From: the human T2T-CHM13v2.0 reference genome, Homo sapiens
Length of the DNA stretch: 64,000 nt
Direction: 5' to 3' (one strand)
NCBI RefSeq assembly: GCF_009914755.1
Contig: NC_060931.1
The translations under genes and the position numbers were made by a program. The notes under the pieces are model-generated. The model was not told where the DNA came from. It worked only from the letters and a program-made list of their open reading frames with translations, and ran no database searches. Below are positions 33,961-46,942 of this stretch, piece by piece; position 1 is the first letter of the stretch, and each line of letters opens with the position of its first letter.

Positions 33961-34415
33961 CTTTGGGGTTTTATCTACTTTTGGTCTTTGATGATGGTGA
34001 TGTACAGATGGGTTTTTGGTGTGGATGTCCTTTCTGTTTGTTAGTTTTCCTTCTAACAGAGAGGACCCTCAGCTGCAGGTCTGTTGGAATACCCTGCCAT
34101 GTGAGGTGTCAGTGTGCCCCTGCTGGGGGGTGCCTCCCAGTTAGGCTGCTCGGGGGTCAGGGGTCAGGGACCCACTTGAGGAGGCAGTCTGCCGGTTCTC
34201 AGATCTCCAGCTGCGTGCTGGGAGAACCACTGCTCTCTTCAAAGCTGTCAGACAGGGACATTTAAGTCTGCAGAGGTTACTGCTGTCTTTTTGTCTGTCT
34301 GTGCCCTGCCCCCAGAGGTGGAGCCTACAGAGGCAGGCAGGCCTCCTTGAGCTGTGGTGGGCTCCACCCAGTTCAAGCTTCCCGGCTGCTTTGTTTACCT
34401 AAGCAAGCCTGGGCA

Positions 34416-34598
34416 ATGGCGGGCGCTCCTCCCCCAGCCTCGCTGCCGCCTTGCAGTTTGATCTCAGACTGCTGTGCTAGCAATCAGCGAGATTCCGTGG
34501 GCGTAGGACCCTCCGAGCCAGGTGTGGGATATAGTCTCGTGGTGCGCCATTTTTTAAGCCGGTCTGAAAAGCGCAATATTCGGGTGGGAGTGACCTGA
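34416..34598 (+). pseudogene. L1 antisense ORF0, truncated to 60 aa
   Basis: MAGAPPPASLPPCSL...RVGVT*; TGA replaces the usual Arg (CGA) codon. Confidence 0.8.
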
Positions 34599-35029
34599 TT
34601 TTCCAGGTGCGTCCGTCACCCCTTTCTTTGACTCGGAAAGGGAACTCCCTGACCCCTTGCGCTTCCCAGGTGAGGCAATGCCTCGCCCTACTTCGGCTCG
34701 AGCACGGTGCGCGCACCCACTGGCCTGCGCCCCCTGTCTGGCACTCCCTAGTGAGATGAACCCGGTACCTCAGATGGAAATGCAGAAACCACCCGTCTTC
34801 TGCGTCGCTCACGCTGGGAGCTGTAGACCGGAGCTGTTCCTATTCGGCCATCTTGGCTCCTCCCTCCGCCCCAATACTTTTTAATATCATGATTTACTTT
34901 TTTTTCTAAAAAGCCAACATGGTCTCATTATTAGTTACTTTACTTTTCTATTGTTTTACTCATTATTTTTTCTCATTACTCATTATTTTTTAATTTTATT
35001 TACTCTAAAACTATTTCTTCCTACTTACC

Positions 35030-36123
35030 TAAGCATTTTTATCTAAATTATCTTCTTGAGATTCACTCTTTTTTTTGCATGTGGCAGTAATTCATTTATT
35101 TTCATTGCTGTATACTATGAGGTTATATATATATACTGCAATTTATTTATTATTTTCCTGCTAATAGACATTAGGGTTGTTCTCAGGTATTTATAATTAT
35201 AAATGTGCTATTATGAATTCTTGTACATACCTATAGAAACCTGTGTTCCAAAAACTCTTTAAAGTATGTAGCTAATGGAGGAATATCTAGATGATAGAAA
35301 ATGTGTACAGGCAAACTTACTAGACAATGACAAAATATTTCTAAAGTGATAAATAGGTAACTTTCTCATTAGGAGGTTATAGTGTTGAGGATGACCTGAA
35401 TATTCACCATCCTTGCTATTCTAACAATTTTAATTTTTTCAGGTGGTTTGGTATGAAATTGGATCTCACTATGGTGATAATTTGTATTTTGATCATTGTT
35501 AAGAAGGTTAAGCATTTTTCACATGTATATGGGCTTTTTATTATTTTCTCTTCTGTGTAATTCCTTTTCAAATGCTTACTCACTTTTCTATCAGTTTTCT
35601 TGTCAATTTTTTTTATAAGCTTCTTTATATATGTTGGTTACTATTAGACAATTATGTGTGTTGTTTTAGCTGTTATGTGTTGCAAATACCTTCTTCAAGT
35701 ATATAGTATGTTTGCTTCCTACGGTGTTTTCTGATAAGCATAAGTTCTTAGTTTTAATGTAATAGAATTTATCAAACTTTCCCATTCTATTTTTAGCAAT
35801 ATATATTTATTTGTTAATGAACTCTTATTCCAAAGTCTTAAAGAAACAATAGAAAAATATATTTTAAATATTGTAATATATTTTCTTTCACATATAAGTC
35901 TTTGATTCACCAGAAAATAGTTTTTATGTGTGGTCTGAAGTAAGGATCCAATCTTATTTTTTCCACGTTAACATCTTCACTCAACATTATTATTGAATGG
36001 TTTTTCCTTTCTTTGCTGGTCTTCTGCAGTGCCAGTTCTTATATAAATCAAGTTTGTTTATATATGAGGTTTCATTTATGGACTCTCTTTCCTGTTCCAT
36101 TTTTCTATTTGTCTATCCCAATG
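35030..36123 (-). mobile_element. Degenerate L1ME-like fragments
   Basis: ORF 35719-35910 ends LITLKLRTYAYQK-like (L1 ORF2 homology); AT-rich L1 motifs. Confidence 0.55.
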
Positions 36124-36435
36124 CAATCATCTGTCATTGAAAGATGTGCGAAATGCACAATTTCATCATTGTGTGAATATCATAGAGTGTACTTACAGAA
36201 ACCTAAATGATAGAGCCTCCTACACACCTAGGCTATCGTATAGTCTATTGCTCCTAGGCTAAAAGCATGTACAGCATGTTACTGAACAGTTGTAGGCAGT
36301 TGTAATGTAATGGCCAGCATTTGTGTATTTAAACATAGAAAAAATACAGCAAAAATACAGTATTATAATCTTATGGGACCACATAATACATGATGTCCAT
36401 CACTAGCCAAAATATGATTATATGGCACATAACTC
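36124..36435 (+). mobile_element. Tigger3a/MER7-like DNA transposon
   Basis: CATAGAGTGTACTTACA..AACCTA...CTACACACCTAGGCTAT...GCTCCTAGGCTA. Confidence 0.8.
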
Positions 36436-37087
36436 TACCAATATTACACTGATTTCAATACAGCAAAGAAAAACGCCTTAGATATTTCCAGTAGACAGGG
36501 ATCAAAGTGGAAAGCTATTTTTCAATTTACTAAAACAGCTGATAGAGCAGAAGATATGGGGTAGCGCTGGGCTTAAATTCATATTATAGCCAATTTTGCT
36601 ATAATTACTGCCAACATTATACCACCCATATATACATCAACAGCAATTAGACAGTAATGCATGAAGTTGAGAGATAAAAAGACTCATATCTGCAAGTCTG
36701 TCTGTCAGCTACAATCACTTTAAGAAGAATGGCTTTCCACTTCTTTCAGTCTTCCACGTCTTACTCAGATATACTTCATTTGTAGAACCTAAATTACATG
36801 TGTACTCTGGCAGCAAACATGTCTCAGAAATGTCCTTAGCTTCTGTCACCTGCACTACAGTGGAAAGAGGGTGGAAACAGATGTCAAGTGCCAGTAGGCA
36901 ACATCCAGCAAGGTCTACTCCATTTGACTAGTCAGTGTCTATACACAATCTTTTAACATGAACTTCCAAGAAACTGCAACATTCTCCTGCCTAACACAAT
37001 ACAATAATCGCTCATACAAACTAAACTAACTTTATCTTCTCCTCAAAAATGACAGATCCCAAATTCTATGCCTATTCTATCTATCTA

Positions 37088-37417
37088 CAAGCTGAGGAGC
37101 AAGGAAGCCAGTCCGAGTCCCAAAGGTGAAGAACTTGGAGTCCCACATGTGAGGGTAGGAAGCATCCAGCATGGAGAAAAATGTAGTGTGGGAGGCTAAG
37201 CCAGTCTAGTGTTTTCACACTCTTCTGCCTGCTTTTTATTCTGGCCATGCTGGCAGCTGATTGGATTGTGCCTACTCAGATTAAGGGTGGGCCTGCCTTT
37301 CTCAGCCAACTGACTCAAATGTTAATCTTCTTTGGCAACATCCTCACAGACACACCCAGAATCCATACATTGCATCCATCAATCCAATCAAGTTGACACT
37401 CAGCATTAACCATCACA
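37088..37417 (-). mobile_element. MLT2A-type (HERVL) LTR, partial
   Basis: Minus strand begins TGTGATGGTTAATGCTGAGTGTCAACTTGATTGGATTGA. Confidence 0.8.
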
Positions 37418-37830
37418 GCTAGGGAGAGAGATTGATTCATAACCCCAGAGCAAGTAATCTTGTTCACCTGATGATCAAAAAATTTCATCCTAGTTGATAC
37501 CCATTAGTGACCAATCATATGGGACATAAATATCCTAACATTCTGGGCCCATTAAGAAATGTCCATTTTACCATTCTGTTTTCTAGGTCTTCTTTTCACA
37601 AATTTTCCAATCATGTTCCATTTCAGTCCTTGACCGTGTAGACAAATAATTAGCTGTATCTTGTGAATAAATGTAGATACATATTTCTTGCCTTTGTTCC
37701 TTCAAGTGGGCAACAGATGTATTACTCGAAATTTCTTTTTAAAAAGAGAATTTCCCTTATCCACTGTCTCTGAAGGTTTTGTCTACTTGGGATTATAATG
37801 CTTCAGGGTTTCACTTCTAACTGGTGTTAG
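37418..37830 (-). mobile_element. ERVL internal (pol RNase H region) remnant; continues at ~39808-40050
   Basis: Reverse complement resembles HERVL pol (GGAACATGATTGGAAAATT; GACAGTGG..AGGGAAAT) and is colinear across the LTR insertion. Confidence 0.6.
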
Positions 37831-37890
37831 TGTGAAGCAGGTTGACAGTGCACTGGTTACCGCTTCAGCCCATTGCATCTTGGGCAGCAT

Positions 37891-38127
37891 TTCTTCTTCT
37901 TCTTCTTCTTCTTCTTCTTCTTCTTCTTCTTCTTCTTCTTCTTCTTCTTCTTCTTCTTCTTCTTCTTCTTCTTCTTCTTTTCTTCTTCTTCTCTTCTTTT
38001 CTTCTTCTTCTGCTTCTTCTTCTTCTCTTCTTTTCTTCTTCTTCTGCTTCTTCTTCTCTTCTCTTCTTCTTCTTCTTCTTCTTCTTCTTCTTCTTCTTCT
38101 TCTTCTTCTTCTTCTTCTTCTTCTTCT

Positions 38128-38173
<46 letters not shown>

Positions 38174-38553
38174 CTTCTGCTTCTTCTTTCTTCTTTCTTC
38201 TCTGGTGTTAGTGTGAAGCAGGTTGACGGTGCACTGGTTACCGCTTCCCCCCTTTGCATCTTGGACAGCATTTTCTTCCTCTTCTTCCTCCTCTTCTTCT
38301 TCTTCTTCTTCTTCTTCTTCTTCTTCTTCTTCTTCTTCTTCTTCTTCTTCTTCTTCTTCTCCTCCTTGTCCTTCTCCTTCTCCTTCTTCTTCTTCTCCTT
38401 GTCCTTCTCCTTCTTCTTCTCCTCCTTCTTCTTCTTCTCCTTCTTCTTCTTCTTCTTCTTCTTCTTCTTCTTCTTCTTCTTCTTCTTCTTCTTCTTCTCC
38501 TTCTCCTTCTCCTTCTTCTTCTCCTTCTCCTTCTCCTTCTTCTTCTTCTTCTT
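37891..38553 (+). repeat. Compound (TTC)n/(CTG)n/(TCC)n array in two blocks
   Basis: (TTC)29 at 37891-37977, (TTC)23 at 38064-38132, (CTG)13 at 38132-38170, (TTC)22 at 38294-38359, (TTC)19 at 38441-38497. Confidence 0.97.
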
Positions 38554-38579
38554 TTGATAACGAGGTCCTTTTTTTTCCC

Positions 38580-39392
38580 TTAAGTTCTGTGCAGAATGTG
38601 CAGGTTTATTACATAGGTATACATGTGCCAAGGTGGTTTGCTGCACCTATCAACCCATCATCTAGGTTTTAAGCCCCACATGAATTAAGTATTTGTTCTA
38701 ATGCTCTCCCCTCCTTGCCCCCCACCCCCTGACAGGCCACTGTATGTGATATTCCTCTCCCTATGTCCATGTGCTCTCATTGTTCAACTCCCACTTATGA
38801 GTGAGAACATGTGGTGTTTGGTTTTCTGTTCCTGTGTTAGTTTGCTGAGAATGATGGTTTCCAGCTTCGTCCATGTCCCTGCAAAGGACATAAACTCATT
38901 CTTTTCTATGGCTGCATAGTATTCCATAGTATATATGTGCCATATTTTCTTTATCCAGTCTATCATTGATGGGCATTTGGGTTGGTTCAAGTTTTTGCTA
39001 TTGTAAATAGTGCTACAATAAACATATGTGTGCATGTGTCTTTATAATAGAATGATTTATAAACCTTTGGGTATATACCCAGTAATGGATTGCTGGGTCA
39101 AATGATATTTCTCATTCTAGATCCTGAAGGAATCACCTCACTGTCTTCCGCAGTGGTTAAACTAATTTACACTCCCACCAACAGTGTAAAAGCATTCCTA
39201 TTTCTCCAGAGCCTCACCAGCATCTATTGTCTCCTGACTTTTTAATAATCACCATTCTAACTGGTGTGAGATGCTATCTCATCTTGGTTTTGATTTGCAT
39301 TTCTCTAATGACCAGTGATGATAAGCATTTTTTCATATGCCTGTTGGCTGCATAAATGTCTTCTTTTGAGAAATGTCTGTTCATATCCTTCA
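38580..39392 (-). mobile_element. 5'-truncated L1PA8-like element
   Basis: L1 3'UTR with TCTAGGTTTTAAGCCCC signature plus ORF2 C-terminus; degenerate TSD TTG(A/G)(G/A)CAGCATTT(T)C. Confidence 0.85.
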
Positions 39393-40109
39393 TTGAGCAG
39401 CATTTTCTACTACTTGCATGGGTCTTGTGAAACAGAACACTCACATCAGTTAAGCAAAGCAACTTTATTACTCACAGATAGGCATCAGGGACAGTGGAAG
39501 CCTAGGATTCATAGTGAGCCAGTCCCCAAGCCTCAGGAAAGCTACATATGGCAGAAGGAATCCTGTCTGCATGTGCTCCATATCACATCAGTTTTATACC
39601 CTGGGGGTCACATGAACCACCGGGCTAAAGCAATACAGGACTTCCTGTCTTAGGACACACAGGAATAGAGTCAGGGATGTTTCAGCCAGTTCATCCTTAT
39701 CTCAGGATGTTGCATTCCCAGTGTATTCTACAGTTATTCTTGAGAACTGCAAGTGAGAAAGAGGGAGGAGCAAGGTTTGTCAAGGCTATACAGAGAACTG
39801 TCCTTCAGTCAGCATATCATGCAGAATGATCTTTAAACTAGGTTCATTTATTTTCCTTCCCTCAGTCAATACAGAATGTCCCCAAGGGCCCAAAACTATA
39901 GATTAAAATATAAGTGACATGAAATCTTGGACCACCTGTTCTTGCAGCATACTTGTGTTTTTAAGATTTAATTACACCAAATTTCAAACCTACCACTTCC
40001 TTTTGGTAATGGAATCATGCTATGCATACCAAACTCAGATTAAAAAAAGATTCCCTTAGGCTTTCTTGTAAAATAGGTCTGGTCTTCCTTTTTATTATTT
40101 TTTTTCCAA

Positions 40110-41265
40110 CTCTACATATTTTCAAATAGCTAGTCTTCAACCTCACTTGTTCCTTTTCTCTGACTCATTCTGATGTTGAGAGCCTCTATTACCTTTTTCA
40201 ATTTAGCAAGTGTATTTCTCAGTTCCATGGTTTCTGTTTGATTTTTTTTTTTAATTTTAACCTCTATGCTACATTTCCCAGATAAATTTCTTAATTGCTT
40301 TTCTGTGTTATCTTGGAGATCACTGAGTTTCCTTAAAGCTGTTATTTTGATTACTTAGAGAGTTCACATATCACCGTCTTGTTAGTGTCAGTGACTGGTT
40401 CCATGCTTTTTCCATTTGAGGATGTTATGGTTCTCTGTCTGCTATTGTTTCCTGTGGATGTATGTCTATTTTTTCACATTGAAATATGAATTATTTATCC
40501 ATCTTCTCTGTCTGGCTTGTTTTGGTTTTTATTGGATATGTTTGCACAGAGATTCTTTGTAATTTATGTGTTGATTTTCTTTATTTTGTTCACACTTGGA
40601 CACTGTCTCCTTTTTGGCATTAGATGGCACCTTAAGCCCAGGTTTGCCTCAGCTCTAGTTAAAGACTCAGAGTACCACCCATTCCACATGGGATAAGTCC
40701 AAAGCGGGGATAGCCTGGCAATGTGGAAGGTTAGCTAGGGGTTTATGCTCAAGGGACCTGTCAAATGAACCTCCTACAGCTTGTGCTGCTGAACAGCCAC
40801 TCCAATTTGGAATCTACTTTTGTCAGGTTATAGAGCAGAATTTCCAGAGCTAGGGATGGTAGTCTCACCTCTCCCCATTGTTTCTGGTTGTCCTCAAGGA
40901 TACTTCTTCCTTCAGACACTCCCAATGCTGCCTATGGGCTAAGTCAGGAACAGGTCTCCTGCCAGGTAGCCCAAGATGATGGGAAAGCTGAGTGTCCACC
41001 TCCATATTACTTTTTCCCATATTAATTTTCCATGAGTTTGGTGCTGGGCAGATTGAGGGGAGGGGCACCACAGTTATGAAAATCCAATTCTCTTACAAGC
41101 TGTTGGGAGTGTTTCACTTCTCTGTGGCCCTGGGAACTGTCTCCTTCTCATATATGAGTTCTGGAATATTGCTGGTAATAATCTTGGTGCTGTATATATT
41201 TTGTTGGTTTTCTATTTGAGGCAGGGAGTGAAGTCAGCTTACTTCTATGCTGCCATTTTAGAATT
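40110..41265 (-). mobile_element. Old L1M 5'/ORF1-region fragment
   Basis: GATCACTGAGTTTCCTTAAAGCTG motif; ends GCTGCCATTTT. Confidence 0.5.
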
Positions 41266-42669
41266 TGAAGTGAACGTTGTGCAGTAAAAATTGCGCAGGC
41301 ATCATGAGAATTCACATAGCTCTGTGGTAAGAAGAGGAAAGTGTATTGCTACCCCTGCCAAGTAAAAGCAAATGTTGTCAGGCAATCTTTACTCATCATC
41401 ACCAAAGAAAAGGAACATTTTCCAAATTGATAGCAGTATGCCAGGCCCATGGGATATGTTTAATTACTCCAGAAGAAACCATAACTGGGACACCAGCTAA
41501 AATTGGAATCATCCCCTGATTAAGTTGCATGATTCAAGTATCATTTTCCAAAATTGACTTTTCTTTTACACAGGCCAAACAGATGAATTTATAAACATAA
41601 TTATACTTGTATCTTATGTGTTTGGTATTAATATTTGAAACTATCTCAAGATATTCAGCAGGACAAAATATGACTTTTGAGATTAATAAAAAAAGTTTTT
41701 CCTTACAAAGCCTAGATTTTAAGACATCTAACTATAGATCCAAAAGACTAACTCTGAAACTCAAGGTACAATAAAAATACAAAGATAATCTTATTGTTCA
41801 AGAAATATATTTTCTTCTCTTCCCTAAGATTTAAGTCTTTTATTGAAAAAAATGGCTTACATACAAGAAAGATACAGATGGTGATAAAAATACTCCTGTT
41901 AAAATCACTTCCTCAGGAAAGCTTTTACAAACAACCACCTTTTTCACTCTGACTTTATTAGATCCTCCTTTCAGAAACTCTTACTTCTTTTTCATACTAT
42001 TTTCTATGCTTATAATTATTTATTATTTCATATTAAATACATTATGGTTGAGATCCATCAAAACATAGACAATGTTCTTTATTGTACCACTATTGCAATA
42101 GCATTTAGTACAAGTCCTGTCTCATAATGCACACAATACATTTTTGTTGACTGACTGATTTAGCTTTCTTAGTACTTCTCAAGTTTTTCTTTCAAGTTTC
42201 CATTCTAGGTGTCCTTTAAGTTCTGTGATGAAGACTGAAACAATGCACTACATACTTGAAATTTATTTGATTTCTCATGTAATATTTTAAACTCACCCTG
42301 TAAAATATCGGTACTTAATTGAATAGGAATATACATGTATTTGAACTGTATAGCTATGTATTAAGATGCACCAAGGATTATCCAGTAGAATTTAGCATTT
42401 TCTGCCAATTACTTTGTGTGACATTAAGGATAGTCCTGACTTCTAGCTATTTCTTTTTTAATCATACTAGTTTTCCAACTTTTTGTATGCCACATTTGAT
42501 ATATTGATTAGGTAAATGCCTTGAAGAAATGTTAATTGTCTCAAAGGCAAAGAGTGCCCAACCAACTTAATCATATAGTACTCCATTGTCTACCATTAGC
42601 CATAAAAACTCTGTAACTTTCCTGATTGTATTACTGTAGAATCATTTAATTTAATATAATTTAATTATT

Positions 42670-42795
42670 TAATTTTTTTGAGATGGGATCTCACTGTATT
42701 GCCCAGGTTGGTTTCAAATTCCTGGGCTCAAGAGATTCTCCTTCCTCAGCCTCCTAATTAGCTGGGATTACAAGGTCATGCCAATGCATCCAGCT
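42670..42795 (-). mobile_element. FLAM/Alu monomer
   Basis: GAGATGGGATCTCACTGTATTGCCCAGG...GCTGGGATTACA. Confidence 0.8.
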
Positions 42796-43119
42796 GTGAA
42801 ATCTTTTTTTTTCTTTACAATTAGGAGTTCCTTCTTATATTTGATATCAAATTGTGAGTTTTAAGAGTGTAATTTCATTTCTGATTGTGGGGATATTGAA
42901 AAAAACCAGCCCCCACTGGCTAATCATTATTGTAAAGTAGAGCCATGCCTGGTTCTGGTTCTGGCTCTCATAAGCCATACTCCTTTAGTTTACCAGGACA
43001 TTAACTGTCAGGGCTTGCTGATTCCAATATTTCTCTGTTATGATAGCTTAAAGTGTCTTTGTCTTGGAGTCACCATGGTCCAGTCTTCTTCTGCCTTTTA
43101 ATTCTGTCTTCTAGTTCTG

Positions 43120-44030
43120 TCTTCTGACTGCTGGGTGACTTTGAGCATGTCTCTTCACCTCTAAAATCCTCAAAATTCTCAACTGTAAAATGATGCTGTT
43201 AAGTGTGGTCTAACTCATAATTTTTGAAAGATAATCAAATAAGATCATACATATAAAAGCTTAAAACATATAAAACAAGAATGTGACCGTGAGGCAAGTA
43301 CTGCAGGTGGCCTCTCAATGCTGGAAAAAGCAAAATTTCTTCCCTAGAGTCTCCAGAAGGAATTCAGTCTGACCGGCACCTTAATTTTATTTTGCAACCA
43401 CTAAGGAAAGGCCCTGTGAGCACACAGCGAGAAGGTGGCATTTTGCAAGCCAGAAAGAGAGTCCTCACCAGGAACTAAATCTGTCAACACCTTGATCTTG
43501 GATTTTCAGCCTTCAGAACTATGAAAAAATGACTGTCTGTTGTTTAATATATATATACATATATATGATTATATGTATTTTATATGATAATATATATAAA
43601 ATATGTAATAATCTTGATTTGCCAGAGTATCAATTTAGGTTTCTAGTGACCTGTCTTAGAGTTTATGGATTTTTTTTTTCTTCTGCATTGTCCAATATGC
43701 TATTAGAGACATCCAGTAAAATTTCAGGTTTATTTTTCAGTTTTAAAATTTTCATTTGTTCTTGTTTTATAGTGTCTATTTTCCTGCTGAGATTACCCAT
43801 ATATTTACTTATGTCCCATTTTTTTGAATTATTGAAGATTTTTATAACAGCTGTTTTAATGTCCTTGCCTGCTAATCCTGACATCTTTGTCAGATTGGGA
43901 TCTCTTTAAATTGCTTATTTGTTCTCCAAATTATATGTCACATTGTCTTGCTTCTTTATATGTCTATTAATTTTTATTGTGTGCTAGATATTATAGATTT
44001 TATATTATTGGGAGTCCAGATTTTTATGAT
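43120..44030. mobile_element. Cluster of MIR (43120-43270), MLT1 LTR pieces (43275-43545) and an L1M ORF1 fragment (43640-44030, minus)
   Basis: MIR core; CACCTTGATCTTGGATTTTCAGCC (MLT1); ORF 43663-43884 resembles an L1 ORF1 coiled coil. Confidence 0.6.
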
Positions 44031-44210
44031 GACAGTTCTGCACAGTCTATTGCTAAATACCTAAAACAGATGCTTCACATATGTTGCCTAGTTTTACAGT
44101 TTTTTGTTTGTTTGATTGAGTGGACTATGAATTAATACCCAGATGAATAGGTCAGTTAAAGAGGCCAAACTGACCCTATTAGAACCTGCCCTGGGAACTA
44201 GAAGCTTTAA

Positions 44211-44345
44211 GTAAGGTTTTCTCAGTCTTGGCACTATTGACATTTTGGTCCAGAAAATTCTTTATTTTATGGGACTATCCTATACATTTAAGAAATTTTA
44301 GCAAATTCCCTGGTCTCTATTAGGTAGATGACAGTTACAACCCTA
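44211..44345 (+). mobile_element. MER20 fragment
   Basis: TTCTCAGTCTTGGCACTATTGACATTTTGG. Confidence 0.75.
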
Positions 44346-45474
44346 TACATATTTATAGGGTGGAACCTATATATGTTTCTTCCTTACTATCTGAAATAGC
44401 TTTAATAAATATAATTTTTCTGTTGTCTTTGGCCCTCAATTTTCCCTTCTTCTTACAAGAGTAACAGATCCATTGGTCTCTTCCTTTATATCATTAACTG
44501 ATAATTATTGAAAGGCATCTTTTATGTCTCTACCTCCTTTCCCATTTCAAAATTTCTGCATATCTTATTTTACTTAATTTTTAAACTTTTTCACAAAAGT
44601 TTAAAGCTCTATATAGTAATGGTATTATTCCTGAAATCAGATTTAAAAAAATGTAAAAAATACAAGTAATGCTTCAGGGTTATAGGGTTATGAGTGTTTA
44701 GGGAAGAATTTTTGTGACATGGTACAATTCACTGGAGGAGTTGTTTAAAACTTTTTGTTTTAAACAAAACAATTTAAGACTTGAAAGTATTCAGAATGTA
44801 TAATACAATCTTTATCATCATCCAGCTTTAATGATTATCAAAAGATTAATATTATAGCTCTTATTTGATCTATATGTATACCTATTCCCCTTCTCCAATA
44901 TTATTTTTAAACAAATCCCAGAAATCTTATCATTTTACACTTAAGTAACAGAATACAGAGCTCTAAAAAACTATTTTAACACAAAAGTATGCTACATTTT
45001 TCACATCTTAAAAAGTAAGCATAATTCCTTAATTTTATTAAATGCCCAGTGTTCAAATTCCCAGTAATTTTAGATGTAATATGTGACTTTATTTTTACAG
45101 TTTATTCATTGAATTGGGATTAAAATAAGATTCACATGTAATAATTGATTATTCTTTTTTTTTTAAGTCTTTTTAAAAAATAGGTTTCCTTGTTCTCTCT
45201 CTTTCTCTCTCTTTCCTCTCTCTGTCTCTCTCTCTCTCTCTTCCTTTCTCTATTCCTCTACTTCTCTCTCTTCCTTACAATTATTTGTTGAAGAAACTGG
45301 GTTGCTGGGTTGTTTATCCTTTAGAGATTCCCAAAATGTAGATTTTGCTGAAATTTTAAAAATGTAAGTCCACTTTTATTAAGAGCTTTGTGTAAACAAG
45401 TTACACTTTTGGAATACTGCACCCACTGCTATATCACAAACATACACTACAAACATACAAACATAGTGTATGTT

Positions 45475-45868
45475 TGCTATGTACTGAATGTTTGTGTCCC
45501 CTCAGAATTCATTTGTTGATGCCCTGATCCTGAATATGATGGTGTTTGGAGATAGGGCCTCTGGGAGGCAACTAGAGGTAGATGAGGTTGTGAGGGTGGA
45601 GCCTTGGATGGGATTAGTGCCCTTATAAAAAGAGAAAATCAAGAGCTTGCTTTCTCTGTCTCTCCCCAGGAGGCACAAGAAGAGGTCATGTGAATGCACA
45701 GCAAGAAGGTAGATCTGCAAACCAGAAAGAGAGCTCTCACCAGAAGAAGGCCATGCTAGTATCCTGATCTGAGACTTCCAGCCTCCAGAACAGTGAGAAA
45801 AACATTTCAGCTGTTTAAGTCACCCAGTCTATGATATTTTATTACAACAGTCTGAGCTAACTAAGACA
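45475..45868 (+). mobile_element. MLT1A-like MaLR solo LTR
   Basis: TGCTATGTACTGAATGTTTGTGTCCCC...CTAAGACA. Confidence 0.85.
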
Positions 45869-46640
45869 CACACTCCAGATTTGGTTATCATATTTATTAT
45901 ATTTAATTGATAAGTTACATTTCCATTGTGGCTTGTCAAAAGACTTCACCTTGTTATTGTAACTAGAGAGTCATGCATTGATCTAAACTTTCAGATTTCT
46001 CAGACAAAAAGAAAAGTCTTCATTATTCCTACTAAGAAGAACAAAGCTAAATCAAACTGATGATCTTCTCTACATTTTGTGATAGATTTCTAGCTCTAGT
46101 TAGAAACTGATACCTCATGCTTTCTTTCTCCATTCCCACACCTTCGTACCCAGGAGCAACATTTGTTTGTTTGACAGCAAAATATTAACCCTGGAGACCT
46201 GTCCTGGCAGAATTTTATTTAATCTTTACTTAGTAACTTAATCTCCATAAGACCAACAGTGACATGATTTCATTTGACACCAGTGTCACCTCAGTCTTGA
46301 ACAGAAAATGTGCATAATGATTTGTAATAACTTTATACTCATTCAATTACATGATGAATTTTGACTTTTTCTCCAAGATCATTATAGGCAACATGTAGCA
46401 ATGTATGGAGAAAATTACAATAACAGAGATAGGTTTTCATATCAAGGTCATTTAAACGCTAGGCATCCTCTTCGCTTTTGCATGGAGGGAGATAACCTAG
46501 GCTAGCTTGAACTGGCAATTTCTTTAACACCAAAATCATGCAAATAACCAGTGTGTTGAATAGTATATCACTATTTGTCTTTAGTTTGTCCTGAAGCTGA
46601 AATGGACACACTGCATTAATTTCTAGAAGCAATTAAAATC

Positions 46641-46942
<302 letters not shown>

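Larger units (their letters stand above)
37831..39807 (-). mobile_element. Solo LTR (~460 bp, probably ERVL class) interrupted by the L1PA8 and GAA array
   Basis: Minus-strand ends TGAAGGAC...CTTCACA, AATAAA near 39465, 5-bp TSD GTTAG (37826-37830) / GTCAG (39808-39812). Confidence 0.65.

Noticed and set aside
37821-38273. Direct repeats separated by spacers, superficially CRISPR-like
   Set aside because: Only two ~72-bp copies, separated by microsatellite, in mammalian DNA with no cas genes; explained by local duplication
37783-38672. Six long ORFs (up to 287 aa) of poly-K/E/R/S/L/F
   Set aside because: Stop-free translations of TTC/CTG repeats with no promoter or splice context; several begin at non-ATG codons
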